A DNA stretch of 64,000 nucleotides from Planctomycetota bacterium (GCA_965228735.1 OZ245838.1:3648001-3712000); one strand, 5' to 3'; positions 8,572 through 19,036 are shown, numbered from the stretch's first letter. Numbers and translations: made by a program. Notes: generated by a model from the sequence alone, not told the origin.

Positions 8572-11472
8572 ATGTCCGGTCCCGCCCCCGATCCGCACGA
8601 ACTCTCCCTGCACCGGCAACGGCTCCGCGAACGGCTCGCCGGCGACCTCGCGGCCGGCCGCACGGTGGCATTGACGGACGACGAGATGGCCGATCCCGAG
8701 CTCCGCGCGGAGCTGCCGCGGCTGCTCGACGAGCTCGAACGGGCCCGCGGCGACCGCCCGACCGAACTGCAGGTTCCGGGCTACACGGTGCTCGGAGAGA
8801 TCGGCTCCGGCGGCATGAGCACGGTCTACCTCGCGCGCCACGAACAGCTCGACCGCCACGACGCGCTGAAGATCCTGCATGGTGCGGGCGAGCCGCGAGC
8901 CCGCCAACGGCTGCTGCGGGAAGCGCGCGCGATGGCCGCGCTGCGGCACCCGCACATCGTCACGATCTACGACATCGTCGAGACGCCGACCGTCGTCGCG
9001 ATCGCGATGGAGTGGGTCGATGGGCTCTCGCTCGCCGCGCTCCTCCACGCGCTTCCCAAGCAGCCGACGGCCCGCGACATGACGACGCTGAAGGCGGCGC
9101 TCGGAGCCGGCGCGGACGCGGACCTCGAGGGCAACGTCACGCGCACGTTCGTACGGCTCGTGCACGACACGGCATTGGCGGCGCATGCCGCGCACCGGCA
9201 GAGCATCCTGCACCTCGACATCAAGCCGTCGAACGTGCTGGTTCGCCGCGACGGTCGCGCGCAGCTCACCGACTTCGGCGTGGCGCGCAACCTCGATCTC
9301 GATCACACGCAGACCCAGAGCTTCGCCGGCACACCGATCTACGCGGCCCCCGAGCAGCTGCGACGCGACCACGAAGCGTTCTCACCCGCGACCGACGTCT
9401 ACGCGCTGGGCATGACGCTCTACGAGTTGCTCGCCCGGCGCCAACCGCTCCGCGAGCAGGGGTTGAGCGAACTGCTGCGCCGCGTCGAGGCCGGGCGACT
9501 GCCGCGGCTGTCGACGCTCGCCGAGGTCGCGAGCGATCTGGAGAACGTGGTGCACAAGGCCATCGCGGTCGAACCGGGCAACCGCTATCCGACAGCGGCA
9601 GCGTTCGCGGCGGACCTCGACGCATTCCTCGACGGCCGCCCGGTCGCGGCCAAGCGCGCCACCACGATGCAGCGACTGCGGCGCTGGATGCGCGCCGAGC
9701 CCTGGCAGGCCGCGCTCGTCGCCGTCCTGATCGTCGGTCTGCCCGTGCTGATCGCGATCGGCGGCAAGCTCTGGTCCGAGATGCCGCGAATCACGGCGGC
9801 CGAACGACGCGAGGACCGCGAGCGGGCAGCCGACGTCGCGCAGATCGCGTTCCAGTCGTTCCTGATCCGCGAGGAGGCGAGCGCCCGCAACATCGCGAGG
9901 CTGCGCGATGCGCTCGCGACGGTGCCCGACGACCAGATCGTGATCGCGTGCCTGCTCATGGTCCTGGGGCAGGACCACAAGGGCGACGCGCTGCGCGAGC
10001 TCGACGACGCGCCGCTCGAGATGCGGGAGAGCGCGGGCGGTCGCGCCCTCCGCGAACGGCTGGAGAGCGGGCAGCCGTTCTTCCGGCGGGAGATCGCACG
10101 CCAGCTGGCGCGCTCCGCGGATCTGTTCGATCTCAAGCTCGTCGTACTCGACCGCGTCCTGTGCTTCCGCGATTCGCGCGTCGAAGAGGAACTCGAGATG
10201 ATCGCGACCGCGGTCGACAAGCTCGGGGTCGGCTACCGCACCGGCAACCCGCTCGCCCACGGCCTCAAAGCGTGGATCGCGGCGCAGCTCGGCGATCGCG
10301 GCGAACTCGAGATCGCCGACTTCGCGCTGCAGCAGAACTGGCCGGACAACGAGGCGGCGTGCCTGTGGCGCGTCATCGCCAACACCGGACCGGATCGCAA
10401 GCGCGCGCGGGCGATCGCCCGCGACTTCCTCGCGACGCACCCCGGCAACTACGTCGTGACGATGCGTCTCGCCACGCTGCTGCTGCGGGAGAAGCGGACC
10501 GAGGCCGCACTCGAACTGCTCGACGGGATCGCCAGGCCAGGCCTGCCGGCCAACCACCGGCTCATGCGGTGCTCGGCGCTGCACGACCTTGGCCGCACGA
10601 AGGAAGCCCGCGCGCTGTTCGACACGGTCGAGCCGACGAACGATCACAGCTACGCCGAGTGGCTCAGAGTCCTCGAGCTGTTCGACGTCGAGGCGGCCAG
10701 GCGCGAGTACGAAACGCTACTCGCCGAGGCGCGGCCGTCGGCGACCTACTTCAGTCAGGCCATGAGCTTCGCGACGCGACATCGCGACCGCGAGTTCTTC
10801 GTCGCGACCGGCCTCCGAGCGCGGGACGTACACCCAACGATGGCGATGATCCGCTGGCGGCTCGCGCCGCTCCTGATGACCGACGGCGATCTGCAGGGCG
10901 CTGGCCGGCTCGTCGACGGCCTGGAGCTGCCACGCGCGATGGCCGACGAACTCGGCCACTCCGCCGTCTTCGGCCTGGCCGCGATCAAGGACTTCGACCA
11001 GATGCTGCGGGTCTGCGACCGCTGGCTGCCGAACAACAAGAGCGCAGACGAAAGATGGCGAGCGACGTTCTTCCGCGCACTTGCGCTCTCGCGACTCGGC
11101 CAATACCAGGCGGCGATGCGCGGCTTCGACGCCCATATCGCCGCCGCGGCAGCGGCCGCCAAACAACCATACGCCGGCACCGGGATCGAACGGGCGTGGA
11201 TCATGGTCGCGCCCAACGCGCCGGCGGAAGTCGATGACCCGCAGGAGGCCGCCACGATCGCGGCCTCGCGCGTCGTGACGCGCAGCTTCGGGCGCAAGCC
11301 GAAGGCCTGGCACGCGCTCGTCCTCGCCGAGATCGCGTTCCGCAACGGCGACCCCGCGCGCGCGGCCACCCTGCTGAAGCGCGCCGAGGAGCTCAGCGCA
11401 GAGTTCGATCTCACGGCCCCGGCCGATCTGCGGTCCCGCATCGCCGCCGCGGCCGCACGCTACGGCGACTGA
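8572..11472 (+). CDS. Hanks-type Ser/Thr protein kinase with a hydrophobic segment and TPR-like C-terminus
   Basis: GSGGMSTVY, ALK, HLDIKPSN, DFG, GTPIYAAPEQ, DVYALG; helical repeat C-terminus. Confidence 0.9.
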   Translation: MSGPAPDPHELSLHRQRLRERLAGDLAAGRTVALTDDEMADPELRAELPRLLDELERARGDRPTELQVPGYTVLGEIGSGGMSTVYLARHEQLDRHDALKILHGAGEPRARQRLLREARAMAALRHPHIVTIYDIVETPTVVAIAMEWVDGLSLAALLHALPKQPTARDMTTLKAALGAGADADLEGNVTRTFVRLVHDTALAAHAAHRQSILHLDIKPSNVLVRRDGRAQLTDFGVARNLDLDHTQTQSFAGTPIYAAPEQLRRDHEAFSPATDVYALGMTLYELLARRQPLREQGLSELLRRVEAGRLPRLSTLAEVASDLENVVHKAIAVEPGNRYPTAAAFAADLDAFLDGRPVAAKRATTMQRLRRWMRAEPWQAALVAVLIVGLPVLIAIGGKLWSEMPRITAAERREDRERAADVAQIAFQSFLIREEASARNIARLRDALATVPDDQIVIACLLMVLGQDHKGDALRELDDAPLEMRESAGGRALRERLESGQPFFRREIARQLARSADLFDLKLVVLDRVLCFRDSRVEEELEMIATAVDKLGVGYRTGNPLAHGLKAWIAAQLGDRGELEIADFALQQNWPDNEAACLWRVIANTGPDRKRARAIARDFLATHPGNYVVTMRLATLLLREKRTEAALELLDGIARPGLPANHRLMRCSALHDLGRTKEARALFDTVEPTNDHSYAEWLRVLELFDVEAARREYETLLAEARPSATYFSQAMSFATRHRDREFFVATGLRARDVHPTMAMIRWRLAPLLMTDGDLQGAGRLVDGLELPRAMADELGHSAVFGLAAIKDFDQMLRVCDRWLPNNKSADERWRATFFRALALSRLGQYQAAMRGFDAHIAAAAAAAKQPYAGTGIERAWIMVAPNAPAEVDDPQEAATIAASRVVTRSFGRKPKAWHALVLAEIAFRNGDPARAATLLKRAEELSAEFDLTAPADLRSRIAAAAARYGD

Positions 11473-11477
11473 TACGA

Positions 11478-12833
11478 CTACCGCGGCAGAACGGCGGGAT
11501 CGGGCGCGATCCGGGTCGCCGGCCGCGGCTGCCACAGCCCGCGCAGTGTCGCCAGCAACAGCAGCAGCGTGCACCAGGTGACGTTGCCGCGCGCGAGCAT
11601 CAGGTTGCCGAGTTCGCGCCCGAGGACGCCCTTGCTCATCATCGGACCGACCGCGAACGCCAGGACCGTGAGGCCGATGAGCAGCAGGTCACGGCGACCG
11701 CGCAGCAGTCGGTCGACGACGAACGCCGCCGCGAACACCCAGACGCAGAAGTGCGCTTTGCTGCTCTGCGGCGAGAGCAGCACCATCCCGCAGGCGAACG
11801 CGCCGACCTCGCCCATCGCGACGGTGCGCTGCGCGAGCGCGGGATCTGCCGCAGTCCGCACCGCGCGCGCTCCGTGACGGGCAGAGAGCACGAGCGCGAG
11901 CAGGACACCGACCTGACACGTGAGCGTCACGACCTTGCAGCCCGTCGCGCCCAGATCGGCGATCATCGCGCTCTCGTCGACGAACGGGCCGAGGATCGCG
12001 GCTTCGCTGAACAACCGGGTCAGAGACCCCGACATCCCCTGGTTGAGGAAGCTGTGCGCGTTCCACGCTCCGGCCGCGCTCGCGGTGCCGCCGACCTCGA
12101 GGCCGCGCAGGTTGACGTCGAACCACGCGACGATCCACGGGCTGCCGTCCGCGCGCGGGAAGACCCAGTCGGGCATCAGCGACAGCAGCACGAACGTGCC
12201 GAGCATCGCGACGGCCGGCACGAACCGAAAGCGCGCGCCGAACAAGCCGAGGAAGAGCAACGGCGTAGCTTTGATCGCGGCTCCGACCCCGACCCAGATG
12301 CCCGCGAGCAGGCCCGACCGGAGGCTGGGCGCGCGGGCCCACGCCCCGACCGCGAGAGCCAGCGCTGCGGCGGTCAACAGGTCGTGACTCTGGTTGGAGA
12401 ACACGGACAGCACGTGGTGCCCACCGAGGAGGATCGTGAGCAGCCAGAACGACCAGATCCCTGGCTGACCCTGCCCCTCGGCGACGGGGCGCCGCGACCA
12501 CCGGTGCAGGATCCACACGATGAGCAGCGCCAGGTGGAAGTTGACCGCGAACCACGAGGCCGGCTGGTAGTCGGCCGGGAGCCAGGCGAACGGGACGAAC
12601 GGCACCGCGGCGAACGGCGGATACGTGAACGGCTTGTCCTCCGTTCCGCGGCGGTAGATCTCCGCACCGGCCGCGAGCCGCTCGCCGCCGCGCACGTAGA
12701 CCGGCAACTCCCGATCACCGTTCTGCGCCCGGCGCGTGAAGTATGCCCCGCCGCCCCACAGCGCGGCGACGTAGGCAACGAGCAGCAAACCCGCGATCAG
12801 GGCCCGGCCGCGACCTTTCTTTCCGCTCGTCAC
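11478..12833 (-). CDS. GT87 (DUF2029) family glycosyltransferase
   Basis: VY..GG.RL..G.EIY, FTYPPFAA, AAIKATP, NQGMSG, LLSPQS..AHF; multi-TM GT-C pattern; GTG start inferred. Confidence 0.8.
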   Translation of the reverse strand: MTSGKKGRGRALIAGLLLVAYVAALWGGGAYFTRRAQNGDRELPVYVRGGERLAAGAEIYRRGTEDKPFTYPPFAAVPFVPFAWLPADYQPASWFAVNFHLALLIVWILHRWSRRPVAEGQGQPGIWSFWLLTILLGGHHVLSVFSNQSHDLLTAAALALAVGAWARAPSLRSGLLAGIWVGVGAAIKATPLLFLGLFGARFRFVPAVAMLGTFVLLSLMPDWVFPRADGSPWIVAWFDVNLRGLEVGGTASAAGAWNAHSFLNQGMSGSLTRLFSEAAILGPFVDESAMIADLGATGCKVVTLTCQVGVLLALVLSARHGARAVRTAADPALAQRTVAMGEVGAFACGMVLLSPQSSKAHFCVWVFAAAFVVDRLLRGRRDLLLIGLTVLAFAVGPMMSKGVLGRELGNLMLARGNVTWCTLLLLLATLRGLWQPRPATRIAPDPAVLPR

Positions 12834-12955
12834 GCCGCCGTTATCACCGGCGATGCGCGCGGATTCCACGTCGGGGGATCCGCACACCGAAGATCTCGAT
12901 CGCAACCGAACCTTCGGCAGCGCCCGCCCGTTCCGCTATCCTCCCCCGCCCTCCT

Positions 12956-14191
12956 TTGGCTCGAAAACGCAAATCACGTTCTCCGCGCGTCGGCGTCTGG
13001 CTGTTCGGCGCCTATGGCGGGCTCGCCACGACGATCGTCGTGGGGGCCCGCGCGATCGCTCGCGGGCTCTTTCCACCACAGGGTCTGGTCACGGCGACCG
13101 CGGCCGGCGACGGCGTGGACTGGACGCCGATCGACGGACTCGTCTTCGGCGGTCACGAGGTGCGCTCGGGCGACCTCGACTACTACTCCGCGGCGAAGGA
13201 GATCCACGACAGCACGGGCACGATGCCCGACGCGCTGCTCAAAGAACTCCGCGCCGACCTGCGGAAGGCCAGCAAGAACGTCCGCCCCGGCGTGATGCCC
13301 AACGCGGGCCGCACGATCGACGCGCTCGTCGAGGGCAAGCGCAAGCCGCGCAAGAAGAAGCTCAGCAGCCTCGTGAAGCAGGTCGAGCGCGACCTCGAGG
13401 AGTTCCGCGAGCAGCACGAGCTCGACCGCGTGATCTGCGTCAACGTCACGTCGACCGAGCCACCGCTGAAGCTCGGCGCCGCGCACAAGACGCTCGCCGC
13501 GTTCGAGCGCGCGATCCAGAAGGACGAACAGAAAAAGGTCCGACCGTCGACGATCTACGCCTACGCGGCGGCGCGCCTCGGCATGCCGTTCGTGCACTTC
13601 ACGCCGAGCAACGCGACGCTGACGCCCGCGATCCGCGCGCAGTTCGAGGCGACGGGCACGCCCTACACCGGCTGCGACGGCAAGACCGGCGAGACGCTCG
13701 TGAAGTCCGCGCTCGCGCCGATGTTCAAGTACCGCAACCTGCGCGTCCTCACGTGGCAGGGCTACAACATCCTCGGCGATCGCGACGGGCGCGTGCTGTC
13801 CGACAAGGACAACAAGAGCGCCAAGGTCGCGACGAAGGATCAGCTGCTGCACAACCTGCTCGGCTACCCGCTGCACACGCACGTCGGCATCGACTACGTG
13901 CCGTCGCTCAACGACCTCAAGACGGCGTGGGACTTCGTGCACTTCGAGGGCTTCCTCGGGTTCAAGATGGTCCTGCAGTTCATCTGGCAGGGCTGCGATG
14001 CGATCCTCGCGGCGCCGCTCGTGCTCGATCTCGTTCGCTTCGCGGACCTCGCGGCGCGGCGCGGTGAGGCGGGCGCCATGACGCACCTCGCGAGCTTCTT
14101 CAAACAGCCCGTCGACGTCGCCGAGCAGGACCTCCACAGTCAGTGGCACTCGCTGACCGAGTACCTCGACGGCGTGCGCGCGGGCGACTGA
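12956..14191 (+). CDS. ino1: myo-inositol-1-phosphate synthase
   Basis: GVWLFGAYGGLATT, NVTSTEP, G.DGKTGETLVKS.LAPMF, NILGDRDG, KTAWD, GCDAILAAPLVLDL, FFKQP; TTG start inferred. Confidence 0.9.
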   Translation: MARKRKSRSPRVGVWLFGAYGGLATTIVVGARAIARGLFPPQGLVTATAAGDGVDWTPIDGLVFGGHEVRSGDLDYYSAAKEIHDSTGTMPDALLKELRADLRKASKNVRPGVMPNAGRTIDALVEGKRKPRKKKLSSLVKQVERDLEEFREQHELDRVICVNVTSTEPPLKLGAAHKTLAAFERAIQKDEQKKVRPSTIYAYAAARLGMPFVHFTPSNATLTPAIRAQFEATGTPYTGCDGKTGETLVKSALAPMFKYRNLRVLTWQGYNILGDRDGRVLSDKDNKSAKVATKDQLLHNLLGYPLHTHVGIDYVPSLNDLKTAWDFVHFEGFLGFKMVLQFIWQGCDAILAAPLVLDLVRFADLAARRGEAGAMTHLASFFKQPVDVAEQDLHSQWHSLTEYLDGVRAGD

Positions 14192-14194
14192 GCC

Positions 14195-15934
14195 ATGTGC
14201 GGCATCGTCGGCGCGCGCGACGACTGGCTGCGTGAACGGGGCCTCGAACCCGCAGCCGCGATGGAGCGCGCCCTCGCCAACCTGCGTTGGCGCGGCCCCG
14301 ACGGAACCGGCGTCGTGAAGATCGGCGACTGGTGGCTCGGGTGCGCGCGACTCGCGATCACGCAACCGCGCAGCCACCAGCCCGTGACCCGGCGCGGCGG
14401 GCGCTACGCGGCGGTGCTGAACGGCGCGATCACGAACGCGCGCGAGCTCTGGGCCGAGCTGTTGCCACGCGCCGAACGCCGCGCCGCGCCGCCGAACGAT
14501 GCGTGGCTGCCGCTGCTCTGCGTGGAGCACGAACGCCGCGACCTGCTCGCGGCGATGCGAGGCCATCACGCGTTCATCGTCGTCGACCGGGACCGCCCCG
14601 GACCGGATCAGGTGGTCCACGGCCACGACCGATGGGGCGAGAAACCGCTCCTCCGGCTCAGAAACAGCGCCGGACTCGTCGCGTTCGCCTCGACCCCGAC
14701 CGCGATGCGCGAAGTCGGCGGACCGGGCCCGGCCGAGATCATGACGCAGTTCGATCTCGGGAGCTGGTTCCGCTGCGGGTTCGCGCCGCCGCCGGCATAC
14801 TCGGTCGGCGACATCGAACTGCACGCGCATCCCGCGACCGGTTCGATCGCAGCACCCTCGGAACCCACGACGCTGCGCGCCCGGCTGACGGCCAGCGTCG
14901 AACGCTGCACGGATACCACGGTCCGGGTCGGCCTCGCGTTGTCGGGCGGCATCGACAGCAGCTGCCTCGCGGCCTGCCTGCACGCGCTCGGCCGCCCGAC
15001 GACTGCGTATCAGTTCCACGCCGCGGGCACGAAAACGAACGAGCGCGAGCTCGCCGAGCAGGTCGCGGCGACGTGCCGGCTGCCGCTCGTGCCCGTCGAT
15101 GGCGGCCCCGAGGTGCTCGATGCGCTGCCCGAACTGACCCGCCGCGCGGGCGTCCCGCTCGGCGACCCGTCGATCCTCGCCGTGCACGCGCTCGCCCGGC
15201 GCGCCGCGGGCGACGGCGTTCGCGTGCTGCTCGGCGGCGAAGGCGCCGACGAGCTGTTCTACGGCTACGACCGCTACCGGGCGCTGGCGCGCCTGCCGCG
15301 CTGGCGCTGGCTGCGGCCCGCGCGTCGCTTCGCGCCGGGCTGGTCGATGCGGCGCACCGCCCGGCTCCTGCGGGCGGTCACCGGCAGCGATCCGATCCTG
15401 GAACTCGCCGCGGTGACGCCACCGGCGTTTCGCGAGTCGGTGCTCCCGCCCGAGCTCGAGGGCGGCACGAGCGCTGCCGAGATCCCGGAGCGCGGCCGAG
15501 CTCTCGCCGACCTCGCCCGCCGGCGCGATCTGCTCGGCTATCTCCCGCACGACCTGCTGCCGAAGGTCGACGTCGCGACGATGGCAGCCGGCATCGAGTC
15601 GCGGTGCCCGTTCCTCGAGGACGCGCGCGTCGACGAGGCGTCCGCCGCGACCGACCTCGGCAAGCAGCGACTGCGCGCCGCGTTCATCGATGCGCTGCCG
15701 GCCGCGGTGTTCGCGCAACCAAAACGCGGCTTCGCACTGCCGCTCGACCGCTGGTTCCGCGGTGAGCTGCCGTGGCTCGACCTGCTGCGCGACGAACGGA
15801 CGCTGTCGCGTCCGCACCTGCGCGCCGCCGGCGTCACCGCCGCGGTCGACCGCCACCGCCGCGGCGCTGCGGATCTCGGTCACGCGCTCTACCTGCTCGT
15901 CGCGTACGAAGTCTACCTGCGCGAGTTCGAGTGA
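14195..15934 (+). CDS. Asparagine synthase (glutamine-hydrolysing) family amidotransferase
   Basis: N-terminal MCGIVG, RGPD, LSGGIDSS, LGGEGADELFYGY, LLPKVD..TMA.GIESRCPFL, KRGF.LP. Confidence 0.85.
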   Translation: MCGIVGARDDWLRERGLEPAAAMERALANLRWRGPDGTGVVKIGDWWLGCARLAITQPRSHQPVTRRGGRYAAVLNGAITNARELWAELLPRAERRAAPPNDAWLPLLCVEHERRDLLAAMRGHHAFIVVDRDRPGPDQVVHGHDRWGEKPLLRLRNSAGLVAFASTPTAMREVGGPGPAEIMTQFDLGSWFRCGFAPPPAYSVGDIELHAHPATGSIAAPSEPTTLRARLTASVERCTDTTVRVGLALSGGIDSSCLAACLHALGRPTTAYQFHAAGTKTNERELAEQVAATCRLPLVPVDGGPEVLDALPELTRRAGVPLGDPSILAVHALARRAAGDGVRVLLGGEGADELFYGYDRYRALARLPRWRWLRPARRFAPGWSMRRTARLLRAVTGSDPILELAAVTPPAFRESVLPPELEGGTSAAEIPERGRALADLARRRDLLGYLPHDLLPKVDVATMAAGIESRCPFLEDARVDEASAATDLGKQRLRAAFIDALPAAVFAQPKRGFALPLDRWFRGELPWLDLLRDERTLSRPHLRAAGVTAAVDRHRRGAADLGHALYLLVAYEVYLREFE

Positions 15935-15957
15935 CCCTAACGGTACCGCCGTCCGGG

Positions 15958-16782
15958 TCAGTCCGCTGGCAGCAGTCGACGCAGGATCGCGCCGTTCAGC
16001 GCGCGCGCCCCGGAGCCGGCCGGCGGCTCGGCGACATCACCAACGAGCGCGCGCCAGCGCGCGAGCAGGCGCTCCGCATCGGCGCGCCGGCCGGCGCTGC
16101 ACGCGAGCACGAATGCGTCGAGCACGAGCTCGGCATCGTTCGGCTGCTCGCTGAGCAGCTGCTCCATCGCGCGGAACGCGCCCGCCTTGTCCGCGGCCGG
16201 CTCCGGCACGCCGCGCAGCACGGATCCGATCCCGCGCTCCGCCACGCCGGGCGTCCGAAACCGTTCGCCGGGCGGCAGATGCGCCGCAACGATCGCGAGG
16301 ATCATCGACATGTCACCGCGCACGCGACCGCGGGAGTAGACGACCTTCACGTTGTCGAACGCCTGCCACCGCAGCTGGACGCCGACGTCCGAGTCCTCGC
16401 CACGGCGGCCCTGTTCGGGCTCCAGCTCGAGGATCCCGGCGCGATGCACGCGGCGCGCGAGCGCCCGCGTGCACGGCTCGACGAGCCGATACACCGCGAG
16501 CCGCGACCAGACCGGCAGCACGGTGCCCGATTCCTCGTCCACGAGCGTCTCGGGCGCGGCGCTGTAGACCGCGAGGCCGTTCGCGTGCACGCGAAACCGG
16601 CGCTCGGGAACGAACGCATTCGGACCCGTGCGGATCTCCTCGACCTGCAGCTCGAAATCCGCGGGCGGCCAGATCGTGTTCGCGTTCTGTCTGGTCGTGC
16701 AACCCCCGAACGCGCCCGCGACGGTTGCCAGTCCGACACTCAGGACGCACGTTTGCCAGGAACGTTGATGAGCCGATCGCAC
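15958..16782 (-). CDS. Hypothetical lipoprotein with TPR-like C-terminal helices
   Basis: Lipobox-like FGGC, GC3-rich codon usage, fills the gap between convergent and divergent neighbours. Confidence 0.65.
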   Translation of the reverse strand: MRSAHQRSWQTCVLSVGLATVAGAFGGCTTRQNANTIWPPADFELQVEEIRTGPNAFVPERRFRVHANGLAVYSAAPETLVDEESGTVLPVWSRLAVYRLVEPCTRALARRVHRAGILELEPEQGRRGEDSDVGVQLRWQAFDNVKVVYSRGRVRGDMSMILAIVAAHLPPGERFRTPGVAERGIGSVLRGVPEPAADKAGAFRAMEQLLSEQPNDAELVLDAFVLACSAGRRADAERLLARWRALVGDVAEPPAGSGARALNGAILRRLLPAD

Positions 16783-16804
16783 GCTGCCGCTATTCTACGC
16801 GCCG

Positions 16805-17242
16805 ATGGTCCTCATCCACGAGAAGATCACTGCTCTGCTCGAGCAGCGGCGACTCAAGAAGAGAGACCTGGCCAGGGCCTTGGGGGTATCACCGCAGACG
16901 GCAACGGACATCTGCAAGGGTCGCTCCGCGATCACGCTGCCGCACCTGCGAAATCTGGTGGCCTTCTTCGAAGTGCGAGCCGACTTCTGGCTCGACGACG
17001 AACGGCTGCTGCCCGAGCCCACGGACCGCGTTGGCGGCACCCGTGCGGCGGAGGCGATTGCCCAAGGCGGCCTGGCACAGGTCTCCGATCCCGAGAAGCT
17101 GCTGTCCGCCGTGCGGACGTTCGTCACTCGCCACCGCGACGACTTCCTCGCCAGTCATCCCGACCTCGATCCGACCGCGCGTCGGTTCCTCGGGTTGCAC
17201 GAGCCCGAGGGTGACGCGGCCGTTCGAGTTGCGGACGCCTGA
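16805..17242 (+). CDS. XRE-family helix-turn-helix regulator
   Basis: LLEQRRLKKRDLARALGVSPQTATDICKGRSAITL..L..LV.FF.V HTH_3 pattern. Confidence 0.85.
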   Translation: MVLIHEKITALLEQRRLKKRDLARALGVSPQTATDICKGRSAITLPHLRNLVAFFEVRADFWLDDERLLPEPTDRVGGTRAAEAIAQGGLAQVSDPEKLLSAVRTFVTRHRDDFLASHPDLDPTARRFLGLHEPEGDAAVRVADA

Positions 17243-17368
17243 CGGGCGACGGGACGCAACGACAGGGCCTCCCAGCCAGCGGAATGACGTTTGCGTGACA
17301 CGAGACGTGTCACGCGCGAGAACGGGTCGTTTGCTCACGACGGCCCGGTGGGTCAGCATGCGCATTCC

Positions 17369-18586
17369 ATGACATCGACATTCGTCACGACCGATTCCGT
17401 CACATCCGAGACCGCGCGCGGTCACTACGCGCTGCAGTGCAGTGCTGGCGTCCTGACCTTGCTGATGCTCGGCGCGTGCGCCGCATCGGGCGAACAGGCG
17501 AACCAGGACACGACCGGCACCGCGAACGCGAGCGCCGCCGTCGCGCCGAACCATGACTTCGTGATCCGCGCGGGCAAGCCCGTCGAGAGCCGGCCCGGCG
17601 AGCCGCGGCTGAAGAACGTGCGCATGCTGACGTTCGACGGCGAGAACGCCGAGGCCTACTGGTCCAACGACGGCAAGCACCTGATCCTGCAGCGCAAGGC
17701 GCTCGGGATGCCGGCCGATCAGATCTACACGCTCGATCTGCAGACCGGCGAGATGAAGCAGGTGAGCACGGGCGGCGGCGCGACGACGTGCGCCTACTTC
17801 ATGCAGGGCGACGAGCGCATCATCTTCGCCTCGACGCACCATCACGGCGAGGCACCGCCGCCGGTCGTGAAGCTCGGCCGCGGCGGCTACGTGTGGGCCG
17901 TGCATCGCGAGTACGACCTGTTCACCGCGCGACCCGACGGCAGCGACCTGCGGCAGATCACGGATGCGCCGGGCTACGACGCCGAAGCGACGATCTGCCC
18001 CGTGACGGGCGCGATCGTGTTCACCTCGGTGCGCGACGGCGACCTCGAGCTCTACATCTGCGAGGCCGACGGCAGCAACGTCCGCCGCATCACGGATCGC
18101 CCGGGCTACGACGGCGGCGCGTTCTTCTCGCACAACGGCCAGAAGCTCGTGCTGCGCTCGGCCTATCCGAAGACCGCGGCGATCGCGGCCGAGAACAAGG
18201 AACTGCTCACGAAGGCGCTCGTGAAGCCCTCGCAGATGGAGATCACGATCTGTAACCGCGACGGCAGCGGCTTCAAGCAGATCACCAGGAACGGAGCCGC
18301 CAACTTCGCGCCGTTCTGGCTGCCGGACGACAGCGGCATCATCTTCTCGAGCAACATCAAGGGCGTGGAGAAGGCGGCGGCCACGGGCGACCGCTCCGAG
18401 GCGCGCAACTTCGACCTGTTCATCACCGACGAGAACGGCGACGAGCTCGAGCAGGTGACGAACCACCCCGAGTTCGACGGCTTCCCGATGTTCTCGCCGT
18501 GCGGCAGGTACATCGCGTTCGCGAGCAACCGCTACAACAAGAAGCGCGGCGAGACGAACGTCTTCGTCGCCGAGTGGCAGCGGTAG
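17369..18586 (+). CDS. TolB-like beta-propeller (PD40 repeat) lipoprotein
   Basis: GENAEAYWS.DG, GYDAEATI, GYDGGAFFS, ANFAPFW, FDGFPMFSPCG repeats; lipobox LGAC. Confidence 0.85.
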   Translation: MTSTFVTTDSVTSETARGHYALQCSAGVLTLLMLGACAASGEQANQDTTGTANASAAVAPNHDFVIRAGKPVESRPGEPRLKNVRMLTFDGENAEAYWSNDGKHLILQRKALGMPADQIYTLDLQTGEMKQVSTGGGATTCAYFMQGDERIIFASTHHHGEAPPPVVKLGRGGYVWAVHREYDLFTARPDGSDLRQITDAPGYDAEATICPVTGAIVFTSVRDGDLELYICEADGSNVRRITDRPGYDGGAFFSHNGQKLVLRSAYPKTAAIAAENKELLTKALVKPSQMEITICNRDGSGFKQITRNGAANFAPFWLPDDSGIIFSSNIKGVEKAAATGDRSEARNFDLFITDENGDELEQVTNHPEFDGFPMFSPCGRYIAFASNRYNKKRGETNVFVAEWQR

Positions 18587-18694
18587 CCGCGCCGCCGCCC
18601 TGACGCTGGCCCCGGAGCGACCCGGAGCCGCCTTGGCGAAGTCCTCAACGTTCGATCGCCAGGCCGTTCACACTCGCCTGCGATCGTCCTGCCC

Positions 18695-18952
18695 ATGGAC
18701 ATTGCGAGCGATACCAACGCGGCCTGCCCCGCGGCCGACCTGCTGGCCCGCCTCGACGGCGAGCTGGCGCACGCCCGGGCGGAACTCCAGGCCGCGGAGC
18801 TGCAGGCCGCCGAACTGCACACCCACGCCGGGCTGCAGGAACCACATGCGGCCGACGCCCGGATCACGGAGTACCGCGACCGCTTCGCCGTGTTCGCAGC
18901 CATGGCCGCAGGCATCGGCCTCGCACGAGCACCTCATGGCGAACGCATCTGA
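18695..18952 (+). CDS. Small hypothetical coiled-coil protein, possibly frameshifted
   Basis: GC3-rich codons to about 18920, then the coding-like bias appears to move to the +1 frame. Confidence 0.45.
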   Translation: MDIASDTNAACPAADLLARLDGELAHARAELQAAELQAAELHTHAGLQEPHAADARITEYRDRFAVFAAMAAGIGLARAPHGERI

Positions 18953-19036
18953 GACCCGGTTGTTCCATCTCGTGGAGCTGCGCGCGCAGTACATCACCGG
19001 GCAGCGCGCGATCGCCGAATCACTGCGCGACGCTCC

